Shown here in pieces: positions 32,031 to 42,071 of a stretch of DNA of 64,000 nucleotides. The notes below the pieces were generated by a model, which saw only the letters and a program-made list of their open reading frames with translations, did no database searches and was not told the DNA's origin. Made by a program: the position numbers and the translations under genes. The stretch is taken from positions 792-64,791 of the IMG/VR virus record IMGVR_UViG_3300033120_001036. The stretch is one strand, 5' to 3'. Source of the stretch: a virus. Position 1 is the first letter of the stretch, and each line of letters opens with the position of its first letter.

Positions 32031-32609
32031 TCAATTATCATGCCAATCCCAAAAGTCACTAAGACTATAATCAGATAGATCATATTCTTTGTGATCTTCT
32101 AGAAATTCTTTTACTTTTTGTGTAGTAACTTCATCTCCATCTTTATGACCAGAAGCTTCTTTCATTATTCTATCAACGTGCGTCGATAGGTCATTTTCAG
32201 AACCAACACCTAATCCAACTTCTTCATCGGAGTGTTCTTTGTCTGAGAGTTTTTCAGCAGCGTCTTCATGCTTATATCTTTCCTGTAAAGAATTTGAATC
32301 ATAATCTATATGAGAGCCTCTTTTCATTTTATTATATATCACATCTGAAGCTTTATTGTGTTGTTTTTTTGTTAAACCATGTTCACTTATCTCCAACCAT
32401 TTTCCGTTTGGTTGTTTTTTGTAGTTCTTTCCGTTCCAGTTTCTGGTTTCACCAACAGTGGCTGATTTACCTTTCTCTAAAGTGTCTTCACCATTCCCAC
32501 TTAAAGTTTTGCTTTCAGCTGCTTTTTGAAGAGAATCTTTGCCAAAAAGTGATTCCAACCCAGAAACTAAATATGGGTTTGTATTAATGTATCCAGTGTT
32601 TCTGTTCAT
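32031..32609 (-). CDS. Putative head-cargo protein (leader, LQKA/LEKG sites, VGETRNWNGK module)
   Basis: Shares the leader and two near-identical blocks with ORF 42672-44555. Confidence 0.7.
   Translation of the reverse strand: MNRNTGYINTNPYLVSGLESLFGKDSLQKAAESKTLSGNGEDTLEKGKSATVGETRNWNGKNYKKQPNGKWLEISEHGLTKKQHNKASDVIYNKMKRGSHIDYDSNSLQERYKHEDAAEKLSDKEHSDEEVGLGVGSENDLSTHVDRIMKEASGHKDGDEVTTQKVKEFLEDHKEYDLSDYSLSDFWDWHDN
32206..32495. repeat. Dispersed duplication, copy 1 (blocks 32206-32252 and 32391-32495)
   Basis: Near-identical to 43819-43865 and 44022-44126; the intervening sequence is diverged. Confidence 0.9.
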
Positions 32610-32611
32610 GA

Positions 32612-33136
32612 TTATGCTAAATTATTTTTTATTGATTTTGGAGCAACTAATGGAGTCAAACAAGTGAATGATTGATTCCTTCCAGCTAATTGAGCTTCTC
32701 CAACTGAGAATGAATCTCCTTCTATTAAACAATCTTGAATTGTTCCAATCAGTTTCAATTTTGGTATAATATTTCCATTGCTATCCATACCATCGCCAAC
32801 TTTTTCAAAACAGTCTATAACAACAGATCCTAAATTCAATACCATATTGTCTTCGAAAGATGCACCACCAGTAGCCACTTGACTTCTAGCAGAGTCAAAG
32901 TCTCTTTTTATAGCACCAGGTATTCCAGAACTTTCCATATCGACAGCCATAAAGTCGCAAGTTAAACTTGCGTCAAATTCAACGACTGGTTTCTCTGAAG
33001 CCATTATAGTACCAATACCTCCAACTCTAAGTCTTCTTAGTGTCTCCTGGTATCTGAAATCTTTCATTCTTGCAACAACAACACCTTTAACTTTTACAAT
33101 AGCTACGGCGCCAGTTATAACTCTATCTCCTGCCAT
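32612..33136 (-). CDS. Tail tube protein
   Basis: Follows the sheath; VGGIGTIM..E and IQDCLIE motifs of Herelleviridae-like tubes. Confidence 0.85.
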   Translation of the reverse strand: MAGDRVITGAVAIVKVKGVVVARMKDFRYQETLRRLRVGGIGTIMASEKPVVEFDASLTCDFMAVDMESSGIPGAIKRDFDSARSQVATGGASFEDNMVLNLGSVVIDCFEKVGDGMDSNGNIIPKLKLIGTIQDCLIEGDSFSVGEAQLAGRNQSFTCLTPLVAPKSIKNNLA

Positions 33137-33146
33137 GATTTATTTA

Positions 33147-34787
33147 TTATTTTTCTAATAAAACGCCTGTGATCAAAATTTTCTGAATTTCAAAATTTGG
33201 TACGAACTCATAAGTCAAATAACAAGTATCGCCAGTAAATGATGCAGAAATATTTCCTATTCTTATAATGATGTTGTCTTGATTTGGTTGAGCAAGTTTT
33301 GTGCTTAAAAATTTGTAAGCCCAAGTTTTTATATCTTCTTCAGTAAACGTACCTCTATTAGCACCCACCTCGCTTCCAAAAAAGTCAAGTTTTGCATTTA
33401 TTGTTAGCTCTTTATTTAATTGAGCTTTAATTCTAGAAACAGATACAGAGTAAGTTGACGCGTCGCTGTTTACTAAAAAGATATTTCTTTGTATAGAGTT
33501 TATACCTGCACCAATTACGAAACCTAAATCTGGATCTTTGTCTAAATACATCACACCACAATCTAAAGCAAATTCTTTTTCGTCTCTAGAAAGATTATGA
33601 TTTAAACCTGCAACATTTATTCTTTTAAATGTAAGGGGTATTTGTGGTTCTAAACCAGATGCTCTACCAGCTACAATCGCTGCACTAAAAAGTGATGATC
33701 TGTTTAATAGAGTATTGTATTTTCCACTCTTCTCCTTGTATCCGCCATGTACAACGATAACTCTCTCTGAATCAAAATATTTGGCTATTTCAGTTGAAGC
33801 AGTAACAGTTCCCCTAAATTCACTTGCATCAATTCCAGCACCAACAACCATTATTTTTTCAAATCTGGCTTCGTTGTTTATGTGATAAAGAAGTTTTGCA
33901 TTATCTGCACTTGCAGCATCTTCACCATGATCTGGTGCTATAAAAATTGAATTGTCTAAGTTAGATATTACATCTAAAACTGTAGAAAAATGGTCTGAGC
34001 TATAAGTTTCAGTTCCACCAGTAAACAATTTATAAGCAGTTCCAAATGTAGTAATTTCAAGAGAAGTAATTTGCGTTGATAGATCTGTGTCTGGAAAAGA
34101 GCAATCAAACATAGCAGAAAAATCTGTATTTTGAAGCGCCCATTCCTTAAACTGCTCCATGTTGTTAATTGGTGGCGTTTGGAAAAGCAATTTAGGTTTT
34201 GAATCTGCCTCAGAAACACCGTCTCTTGGGATATTTCCTAAAGAACCACCTTGAGCGTCTAAACCCCTATATGTTCCAAGATAAAAATATATAATGTAAG
34301 CATCTGTCACAAAAGGCGATGCTCTTATTTTTACAGCGTAACCTTTTTTAAGTTCTGAACTAACAAGAACTCCATTTGCAACAGTTCCTTCATCTTTTGT
34401 AGACAAACCAACACTTACTGCACTTAAAGCTAAAGTTGTTGAGGCTGCTGTAGATTCACAAGCTTTAACTAAAAATACTTTAGATGCACCTCTTGAATTT
34501 GAAGAATTTGGTTGGAATAGTTTTTCCCCTAAAGACCAATATTCACCACCTCTTACAACAGCTCTAAAATCTTCCAATGAAGAAAATTCATAAACTGAAT
34601 CTAAACCGCTTTTTTTAGCACCAGCGATTCCTGAGCCACCTATGTACCCTAATCCAGCACCCAAATCAAACAAGCAAATATTGCCGTATGACGTTGGAGT
34701 TGGCGGATTTTTCACACCACTTAAGATAGATGTATAAACACCAGGTATAGATGTAATTCTACCGTTTACGTTTACTTTAGTAGACAT
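33147..34787 (-). CDS. Contractile tail sheath protein
   Basis: IPGVYT N-terminus, AGRASGLEPQIPLTFK and YEFVPNFEI motifs. Confidence 0.93.
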   Translation of the reverse strand: MSTKVNVNGRITSIPGVYTSILSGVKNPPTPTSYGNICLFDLGAGLGYIGGSGIAGAKKSGLDSVYEFSSLEDFRAVVRGGEYWSLGEKLFQPNSSNSRGASKVFLVKACESTAASTTLALSAVSVGLSTKDEGTVANGVLVSSELKKGYAVKIRASPFVTDAYIIYFYLGTYRGLDAQGGSLGNIPRDGVSEADSKPKLLFQTPPINNMEQFKEWALQNTDFSAMFDCSFPDTDLSTQITSLEITTFGTAYKLFTGGTETYSSDHFSTVLDVISNLDNSIFIAPDHGEDAASADNAKLLYHINNEARFEKIMVVGAGIDASEFRGTVTASTEIAKYFDSERVIVVHGGYKEKSGKYNTLLNRSSLFSAAIVAGRASGLEPQIPLTFKRINVAGLNHNLSRDEKEFALDCGVMYLDKDPDLGFVIGAGINSIQRNIFLVNSDASTYSVSVSRIKAQLNKELTINAKLDFFGSEVGANRGTFTEEDIKTWAYKFLSTKLAQPNQDNIIIRIGNISASFTGDTCYLTYEFVPNFEIQKILITGVLLEK

Positions 34788-34788
34788 A

Positions 34789-34950
34789 TTAATTACTTAA
34801 AAATTTAACCCATTCATCGGATGTCTTCGGTTTTTGCTTAGAGTAAGCTTTTTTGTATGCAAAAGCATTTCTCTCAGATATAGCAGCAGAATTGACATAT
34901 TCTTCTATTGTCAATTTAGCTGGTTTTACCTTTTCTTCTGTTAAGCTCAT
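34789..34950 (-). CDS. Small hypothetical protein (53 aa), not in ORF track
   Basis: MSLTEEKVKPAKLTIEEYV...DEWVKFLSN*; fills the gap and follows a TATATTTG box at 34967-34974. Confidence 0.7.
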   Translation of the reverse strand: MSLTEEKVKPAKLTIEEYVNSAAISERNAFAYKKAYSKQKPKTSDEWVKFLSN

Positions 34951-34984
34951 TTCAAAATTATTTTTACAAATATAATAATTATTT

Positions 34985-35668
34985 TTAACTTTCTATTGGT
35001 GTTCCAATGAACATAAACTCTCTTGCAAAATTGTTTATTTTCATTTCTGGAACTGAAGATAAATAATTAAACGATAGAGTTAAGTTTCTGTAAAACATAT
35101 TTTTAGGAATAAAATCTGGATATTGTGCTATGTCTGCACCTGAGTATTTTATATTTCTTATTCCAAGAATCTCCATGTGTGCATTTAAAGCTATAAAAAC
35201 TGATCTTATTATATGATATAGCATAAATGTCTCGTTAGAATTGTCGCTATATATGTAGAAAGAAATACTTCCATTGAATCTTCTTTCAAAAACTTTTAAA
35301 AAAGTAGTTTCAGAAATCTCTATAATTTGATCGCTCTCACCATTAGACATAGTGTCTTGACCAGAAGAATCTTGAGAAAGATTCATAAAACAACTTAATT
35401 GTTTTTCCTGTTTTACATTATAAGTGATGTCTATGGTTAAATATCTTGGATCTGTAGGGTCATTACAGATAACACTAACAGCTTGATTAAACCAATCGTA
35501 TTTCTGTAAAGCTTTACTGTTTAAAAGCAAATAAAGCCAACTTTTATTAACACTATTGTTTAGCAAATTTTCTGCATAGTTATGTCTTATGATCTTTAAA
35601 CCAACATTTATAGTGTTGTAAATTATCAATTCTGGTGAAACTACGAGAGGTGCTTGTATTAATTCCAT
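34985..35668 (-). CDS. Tail terminator / neck protein
   Basis: Position before the sheath and typical size. Confidence 0.55.
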   Translation of the reverse strand: MELIQAPLVVSPELIIYNTINVGLKIIRHNYAENLLNNSVNKSWLYLLLNSKALQKYDWFNQAVSVICNDPTDPRYLTIDITYNVKQEKQLSCFMNLSQDSSGQDTMSNGESDQIIEISETTFLKVFERRFNGSISFYIYSDNSNETFMLYHIIRSVFIALNAHMEILGIRNIKYSGADIAQYPDFIPKNMFYRNLTLSFNYLSSVPEMKINNFAREFMFIGTPIES

Positions 35669-36457
35669 TTAAAAAAGTTTAGCAAAATTTTCATCTATAG
35701 ATCTTGAAAGCTCGTTTGGTATACTAAATGAGTCAAACGTTCTTGGCATTATGTTGTGAGCTTTAATTCCTGGATGTATCCAAGCTCTTGGATCACTATT
35801 CTCTGAAACAACTCTAAATTTCATGTAAGAATTTTGCCCAGTAATTTTATCAGTTTTCTTAAACAACCCCTCAAATTCAGCACTTTTATGGGTATATTTT
35901 TCAAACAACATTTTACCATCTGAGGCTAAAATATCTTTTCGCTCATTTTTTATTTGGAATTTTTCTGGTAATTCGTCGAAAGTCAAACCTTTACTTCTGC
36001 CAGTTTCAGAACTTACTTCTTTGACTCTAACAATATCGTGAATTTCTTGAGGCATTTGGCCTTGAAATATAGAAGAATCTCTTCCTGCCCCAGGTGTTGC
36101 TATCCTCATTGGTATAGCTATATATTTAGATCCATTTTTTGCTGTTTTAACTTTAGAAGATTTCAACATGTCTGGTTTCATGTCAAAAGGTTCTTTACCC
36201 TCTTCTATCATTTTTATAAATGAATCCGTATAGTCTAATAACACAGTTCCACTTAGTTTTCCACTATCTATAAGTTGTACAGCTTTTTGATATCTATCTT
36301 TTGACGTATTAAGTTCTCTCTCTGCGTTTGAAATCACACTATTGTAGAAACTATAAGCTATTCCTTTTATAACATTATCGGCAAAGTCTTGAACTTGCTC
36401 ATCTGTCATAATCATTCCCTCGAATAGACTTCTAGTATCTATAAAAATAGGTATCAT
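35669..36457 (-). CDS. Neck / tail completion protein
   Basis: IEEG..PFDMK, Y..FRVVSENS...WIHPG motifs typical of Twort/SPO1-like neck genes. Confidence 0.7.
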   Translation of the reverse strand: MIPIFIDTRSLFEGMIMTDEQVQDFADNVIKGIAYSFYNSVISNAERELNTSKDRYQKAVQLIDSGKLSGTVLLDYTDSFIKMIEEGKEPFDMKPDMLKSSKVKTAKNGSKYIAIPMRIATPGAGRDSSIFQGQMPQEIHDIVRVKEVSSETGRSKGLTFDELPEKFQIKNERKDILASDGKMLFEKYTHKSAEFEGLFKKTDKITGQNSYMKFRVVSENSDPRAWIHPGIKAHNIMPRTFDSFSIPNELSRSIDENFAKLF

Positions 36458-37233
36458 CAGCAGTTTAAGTTTGTAACTTGATTTGAATTATCTAAAATTC
36501 TATTTTTACTTGTGTTTTCCATGTTTAAAACATAGTGTGCTCTTCTTGCCATAAAAGTAATTGGCAAATCTATTCTATCCTCAGATCCATCGTTCAATAC
36601 AAAAGATTCCATACTTTCCCTTTGAAGATCTAAAACATAGTAAACTGGTGCATGGGTGTATCTTATCGTTATAGACAACTCATCAAATTCTTCTATTAAA
36701 TCCTCGCCTATTATTTTAAAAACATTCCCATCTATCGTATAGTGTACGTTTTTAGTTATTTGTTCATATTGAGTATTTTCTGTTTTGAAAAATGCGCAAT
36801 ATTCTACATCTTTAATTTCGTAAGTTGTGTAAGCGAAAAATATACCTCCAGCTTTTTTTACAAAGAAAGATTCAGTAAATACAGAAGTTGCATCTAATGC
36901 TGTAATTTTATCCATGTGGGAGATATGTTCATCTTTTCTAGCTGAAACTTTTATCATCCCTCTACTTGTTTCACTCCAATCCTTAAAGTCGTTTGATAAA
37001 CTCATAGATTGAACAACCATTCTTGTCTTTGTTGGATTTATAAATGCCCAACCAGATCCTCCACAATTTTTACAATTAGATAACCCTCCAGAGTTTTCTG
37101 ATTTACACGGACACACTAATGATTTCTCAAGTACAACATCTCTACCCTTATCTCTTAAGAGCTTTTCAAAGTCTTCATTGTTAAAATCAACTCTAGGTAA
37201 ATCTGAAATAATGTTCGGAGTCTTTATTAACAT
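36457..37233 (-). CDS. Head closure / neck protein
   Basis: CPC......CKNCGGSGW motif typical of this gene in Herelleviridae-like phages. Confidence 0.75.
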   Translation of the reverse strand: MLIKTPNIISDLPRVDFNNEDFEKLLRDKGRDVVLEKSLVCPCKSENSGGLSNCKNCGGSGWAFINPTKTRMVVQSMSLSNDFKDWSETSRGMIKVSARKDEHISHMDKITALDATSVFTESFFVKKAGGIFFAYTTYEIKDVEYCAFFKTENTQYEQITKNVHYTIDGNVFKIIGEDLIEEFDELSITIRYTHAPVYYVLDLQRESMESFVLNDGSEDRIDLPITFMARRAHYVLNMENTSKNRILDNSNQVTNLNC

Positions 37234-38021
37234 ACAGCCATATTTATTGCAGTATAAAAATCTCTAAGATTTGGAACTGCAGTTTTAAGATCTTCAACAT
37301 ATTGCTTTATAACACTTCCGTAAGGTCCAGCACTTGAACTAGCCATTGGACTTACTGATTGACTTAATCCATCTAAACTTATAGATGTTGAACCAACACC
37401 TGGTCGTAATTTATTAACCACAGATTGTCCTCCTTGCGTTAGAATTCTAATTGCAACATATTTACTAAGAACTGATTTTATGTCGCCTGGAAGCTCTTTA
37501 AATCCAGTTACGTAACTTATCTCCCAATAATTTGGAATTGTTCCATTTGATCTCCACCAACTTGAATATAGGCTACTTGTAAACATAACGTGATTTACAA
37601 ATGGTGTTGAAGAAAATGGCACTATGTAGAAATTTCTACCATAGCTTCTTCCATCAGATACATGTCTTGCAGACAACCACTCTCTTGGGTACGATAAGTG
37701 TTGTAAGTTTCCAAGTTGTCCAATTAGTGATTTTGTACACACAATTGGCCAAGTTGCCTTTATAAAACCCCACTTTAACCAATCTTCAGAATACATATTT
37801 CTGTTTTCGGTGATTACTTGAAGTTTTAATTTTACACTTAGTAAGTTTTCAAGCTCATCTATAGCTTCAGATATTGCATTATCTATCACAGAATCTGGCA
37901 TTTCTTTACCTTTATCGTCTTTCAACGATACTCCAAATAGATAATTTGTTTTAAAATCTTGTAAATTCAATACGGATTTTTGCTGAACACCGTATGAGCT
38001 TGAAAAACTTACCGTTGGCAT
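37227..38021 (-). CDS. Head-tail adaptor
   Basis: YLFGV, PNYWEISYVTGF..LP and SISLDGLSQS motifs. Confidence 0.75.
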   Translation of the reverse strand: MPTVSFSSSYGVQQKSVLNLQDFKTNYLFGVSLKDDKGKEMPDSVIDNAISEAIDELENLLSVKLKLQVITENRNMYSEDWLKWGFIKATWPIVCTKSLIGQLGNLQHLSYPREWLSARHVSDGRSYGRNFYIVPFSSTPFVNHVMFTSSLYSSWWRSNGTIPNYWEISYVTGFKELPGDIKSVLSKYVAIRILTQGGQSVVNKLRPGVGSTSISLDGLSQSVSPMASSSAGPYGSVIKQYVEDLKTAVPNLRDFYTAINMAVC

Positions 38022-38022
38022 A

Positions 38023-38541
38023 TTATAAAGTTACTGTACTGTTTTCTTTTACAACTCTTTTGGTTTTTTCAACCAATGGTTTTTTAACTTCTTCGGTTTT
38101 TTCACCTTCGCTACTTTTTCCTTCTTCTTTTGCAGACATTGATTCTAGCAATTGACCGAGTTCTTCATTCATAGAAAGAGATTCTTCCAACTTTGCTTCA
38201 AGATCTTTCTTTTCAGTTTCAAGAATTGAAACTTTTTCTGTTTTTTCCTTAACTTGATTTTCAAGATCACTTATGTAGTTTTTGGTGTTTTCGTCCAATA
38301 CGACTTCAACAGTGCCAGCTTCACCTGTATTTGTTGTAGAAGTATCTAAAACAGTAGAAGATGCAACCTCACCTTCACGCAAGATACTAAAACCAATTTC
38401 TGAATTAGCTATCTCATAAGCTATTTCTTCATTTTCAACTTCTATGATTCCTTCTTCAGAAATCTTAATCTTTCCAACTGGAGATATATTGTTAACTTTG
38501 CCAAATTTATAGGCGTCGTTAGTTTTTAATTTAATAGACAT
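38023..38541 (-). CDS. Hypothetical protein downstream of major capsid
   Basis: Acidic protein with coiled-coil C-terminal half. Confidence 0.7.
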   Translation of the reverse strand: MSIKLKTNDAYKFGKVNNISPVGKIKISEEGIIEVENEEIAYEIANSEIGFSILREGEVASSTVLDTSTTNTGEAGTVEVVLDENTKNYISDLENQVKEKTEKVSILETEKKDLEAKLEESLSMNEELGQLLESMSAKEEGKSSEGEKTEEVKKPLVEKTKRVVKENSTVTL

Positions 38542-38595
38542 AGTAATATGTTTTTTTTGATTGTTTTTTGTAAAATTAAAAAATTTTTTTGATTA

Positions 38596-38630
38596 AAATA
38601 AAAAATGAGCCACCTTTCAAAGATGGCTCA
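38596..38630 (-). terminator. Intrinsic terminator after major capsid gene
   Basis: tgagcca-N11-tggctca stem followed by a T-run on the minus strand. Confidence 0.8.
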
Positions 38631-38674
38631 CTTATAATGTAGAGCAGTAAAGTATCAATCGAAGAAAATAGGTT

Positions 38675-40156
38675 TTAAGCTACGTACTTGTTTGCAACGT
38701 TGATAAATCTTACAAACTTCTTACCAGCATAAAGTTGAGGTGTTCCAAATTGGAATACTATGAATCTTTTTGCCATTGCAAGAACAGCTAGATCCAATTT
38801 AGACATCGGAGCCAATTGTTTAAAGCTCATAACCTCATCGTTCATTTCAGTTAAGAAACATTGCTCTGTGTTTGGCAAGAAGTATCCTCTATCTCTAACA
38901 AGGCCAGCGGCTGCACCATGATAACCAGCTGCAAGTGAAGCTGCAGGTATCTTGAAGATTGGGAAGAAGTCTTCGTTTGTAGGAACTGGAGCTACTGTAA
39001 CCAAAGTTCTGTAGATAACAAAACCAGAAGCAGCATAAGCACCAGCACCAGCTGTGAATTTCAAATCAACTGCTTTCGTTGCAGCCAATGTGATGGCATC
39101 TGTATCCAAAACAGTCAAAGCAGATTCACCATATCTGTTGATTGCAGATACTGCGTAGAATACGTTTCCATATTCACCAGTTCCATATTTTGTCAAAGCA
39201 TCAGTAACTAATGCAACTGGTGTAGTTGGATCTGTAACTGGAGCAGCTGGAGCTTTAGATGATGTAGCTGCATCTGTAAGAATCCTAAGAGGATCATTTT
39301 TCATGAACTTATCTGGATTCAAGTTGATATTACCAACAGTAGTGGTAACTGCTTTTGGAACATCTGTGACAGTACCAGTAACAGCTTTACCGTCGATGAT
39401 AATTCTTTGCTTGTCGTAGTAGTCTTTAGAGAATGCAGACAATACTTTAGAAGGAGCAAACAATGAGTTGGCTGAACCGTGATTGTCGTCTACAATAACA
39501 GCAGCATCTTCAATGTCAGATTGTTTAAGAGATTTACCTCTCATATCAATCACAACACCAGATTTCAAATAAGCTTCCCAAGTTGGGTAAACTGATCCAG
39601 TTGAGCTACCGATGGCTGCATGTTGTTTGTAAAGTGAGTTAAACTCTTGAGGTATGATGTCCTCATCACCTTTCACAAGCGATCTGTTTGCAAGTCTCAT
39701 GATCCACATCATTTTGTTTTTGACTTCTTGAGTCATAACATTAATGAATGAGCGAGTCATTTGAGCTTGGATTGTAACTTCACCAGTCACCTGCATGTAT
39801 TTCACACGCTCAGAACGTCTGATGTATACTGAATCCTCAACGTCTGAAAGCTCACCTTCATTGTAGAATCCACCTCTATCGCTACCATAAGATTGCAATT
39901 GTAAGAATTCTTCAACAGTGTTGTAGGCTGTCAATTTAGGAATAGCGTTAAAAAGCTTTATTTCTGCAGCTTTGTATTCCAAAACTTTTAAAGTAGATTC
40001 AAGAGATTCAACTTTTAAAGGTTCTCCAGTCAAAGGTAGATTCGTGGTGTCTCTACCAGTAATGTGACCGGCTTGCATCGCTTTTACAAGCTCTGATGCT
40101 GATTGGTCTTCGTGCCCATCGAAATAATCTCCTAGGCCAACTTGATTTTGTAACAT
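38675..40156 (-). CDS. Major capsid protein (Herelleviridae / Twort-like HK97 fold)
   Basis: ELVK|AMQAG..TG.PLKVESLE, and LAPMSKLDLA...G...L.A.KKFVRFINV C-terminus. Confidence 0.95.
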   Translation of the reverse strand: MLQNQVGLGDYFDGHEDQSASELVKAMQAGHITGRDTTNLPLTGEPLKVESLESTLKVLEYKAAEIKLFNAIPKLTAYNTVEEFLQLQSYGSDRGGFYNEGELSDVEDSVYIRRSERVKYMQVTGEVTIQAQMTRSFINVMTQEVKNKMMWIMRLANRSLVKGDEDIIPQEFNSLYKQHAAIGSSTGSVYPTWEAYLKSGVVIDMRGKSLKQSDIEDAAVIVDDNHGSANSLFAPSKVLSAFSKDYYDKQRIIIDGKAVTGTVTDVPKAVTTTVGNINLNPDKFMKNDPLRILTDAATSSKAPAAPVTDPTTPVALVTDALTKYGTGEYGNVFYAVSAINRYGESALTVLDTDAITLAATKAVDLKFTAGAGAYAASGFVIYRTLVTVAPVPTNEDFFPIFKIPAASLAAGYHGAAAGLVRDRGYFLPNTEQCFLTEMNDEVMSFKQLAPMSKLDLAVLAMAKRFIVFQFGTPQLYAGKKFVRFINVANKYVA

Positions 40157-40241
40157 TTCTTACTAAAAATAGTTTGTATCGATTATAACATAATCTACAA
40201 TATTTAAGCGATTGTTTCCTATTCTACGATTAAACTACTTT

Positions 40242-42059
40242 TTACAATATATCAATTTTCAAAGAACCTAAGAAAGCTCTGTCTTCTTGATCTAAATATC
40301 CTGCTATTTCAACACTTTGAATTGATTTTTCCAGTTTGTCTGCTATTTGAGTGTTACCTCTACTCATTGCAATTTCAAATTCGTTTGCCATTCTTTTAGA
40401 TAAAGCACATCTACCGTCTTTTGTGCTCATATCGAAAGCGTAAGGATCTACAACCTTACCCTCGTTTCCTTTTTCAAATCTTTCTAATGGAGCAACTCTA
40501 GCAACTGATTTTCTACCATTTGATTGGTTTCCTATTTGTTCTAATTTTTCAGTAAGAGATTCATTTTCTTGATTTGCTTTTTCTAGCTTCTCATCTATTT
40601 CAGTTACCTTGCCAACTGTTTGCTTTAAAATCTCACTCATTCCTTTAAATGATTGAGTTAAAAGTTCTACAGTTGACTGTAAAGCTTTTTCTATTTTAGA
40701 ATCAACCTCTTCTTTAGTAATACCAAGCTCTTGAAATTCTTCACCTTTTTTAAGCGAAGTGGCTGGATCTGCAGATGTTCCCAATTCTGATTGAGCACCT
40801 CCGTTATTTTTTGAACTTTCGTATTCCTTAATTATAGTTCCGGCTGCAGTCATAGATTCTTGTAAACCATAACCTTGTCTAACAAGACTTTCAGCTAAAG
40901 AATCAACGTCCATGTCTACATTACCTTTCATGATTTCATGGCAAGATTTGTAAATCTTATCATCTTTCTCTTCTGATTCAGAATGAGTCTTTTTCTCACC
41001 CTCTTCTTCATCAGAAGCAGATTCTGTTTTTTCTTCAGATTCTTCTTGGATAGATTTTCCAGACGTTCCTTTTTCTAAAGTATCTGTCAATGTATCTAAT
41101 GCCTTTAAAATTTCATCTTTGCCGAAATCCATATCGTTCTTATTTATGTAATGATTTGCAAATATAACAATTTTTTCATATACTTCAGAAGTCTGATTTG
41201 GAAAAGCTTTAACTATTAAATCTAAAGCCTTAGATTTTGTAAAGACTTCTTCTTGATTTTCAGATTTCATAATGTCTTTAGAGTTTAATTCAACATTCTT
41301 CTTAACGTATCCAGCCATTGATTCTGGCATAGGTACGTTTCCAGTATTCATTGATTTTGTAAGCTCACCCTTTAGCCAATCTACGCTAGATGGTTTTTCT
41401 GCAATTTTTGGATAACACTTTGTAAGAAAATCATCAATCTGACTTATAAACCCACCATTTTCACCTAAAATATTGTGAACATACAATATGGTTCCTAGTA
41501 CTAAATTTAAGTCTCCGTCTAAACCGTCGTCTTCGTTTGCATCTACAAGATCCATTTCTCCACCAAATTCACCTTTCATAATGTTTACTAAAGTTCTTGG
41601 ATTTTTAGGTGATGGTGTGATTGCTACGCCAGTAATCATGGCTTCTAAAACTCTCTTTTTGTTTAATGGGTCTCTTCTAGTAGCTACACCTTCTATAGAC
41701 CAACCCATACGTCTGTCTGGTGAATCTCTTTCTAGAGTTTCTATTTGTTCTACTACTTTTTTCGTGAGTGGGTTGCTTGGATATAGGAAGCCTTCTAAGT
41801 ATAAATCATTGCCAACTAGTTTTGCCATAGTTGGCTGCCCTATGTTAGCTCCTGGATCTTTGTTTGCTTGGTGATTGTAGTTTATATATCCACTTCTCAA
41901 TAATGGTTCTGTGTCAAAACCAACTGGAAATAGATTTTCTCCATCTGAATCTTTATCTACAGTAGAAGCTATACCAGCAACTTTGATAGTTTTTACACCA
42001 CCATCGTCACCCTTTTCTATTGTAAGTGGAACGAAAAACTTAAATTTGTCTTTTTCCAA
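40242..42059 (-). CDS. Prohead protease fused to scaffold
   Basis: GIAST..KDSDGE, INYNH, GWSIEG and VAITPSPKN protease motifs; acidic coiled-coil tail; about 15 [ILVF]xK[GAS] sites; TTG start. Confidence 0.92.
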   Translation of the reverse strand: MEKDKFKFFVPLTIEKGDDGGVKTIKVAGIASTVDKDSDGENLFPVGFDTEPLLRSGYINYNHQANKDPGANIGQPTMAKLVGNDLYLEGFLYPSNPLTKKVVEQIETLERDSPDRRMGWSIEGVATRRDPLNKKRVLEAMITGVAITPSPKNPRTLVNIMKGEFGGEMDLVDANEDDGLDGDLNLVLGTILYVHNILGENGGFISQIDDFLTKCYPKIAEKPSSVDWLKGELTKSMNTGNVPMPESMAGYVKKNVELNSKDIMKSENQEEVFTKSKALDLIVKAFPNQTSEVYEKIVIFANHYINKNDMDFGKDEILKALDTLTDTLEKGTSGKSIQEESEEKTESASDEEEGEKKTHSESEEKDDKIYKSCHEIMKGNVDMDVDSLAESLVRQGYGLQESMTAAGTIIKEYESSKNNGGAQSELGTSADPATSLKKGEEFQELGITKEEVDSKIEKALQSTVELLTQSFKGMSEILKQTVGKVTEIDEKLEKANQENESLTEKLEQIGNQSNGRKSVARVAPLERFEKGNEGKVVDPYAFDMSTKDGRCALSKRMANEFEIAMSRGNTQIADKLEKSIQSVEIAGYLDQEDRAFLGSLKIDIL

Positions 42060-42071
42060 AGTAGATATTTA

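Noticed and set aside
33974-34219. Alternative-frame ORF inside the sheath gene
   Set aside because: Fully nested, with no protein features or separate signals.
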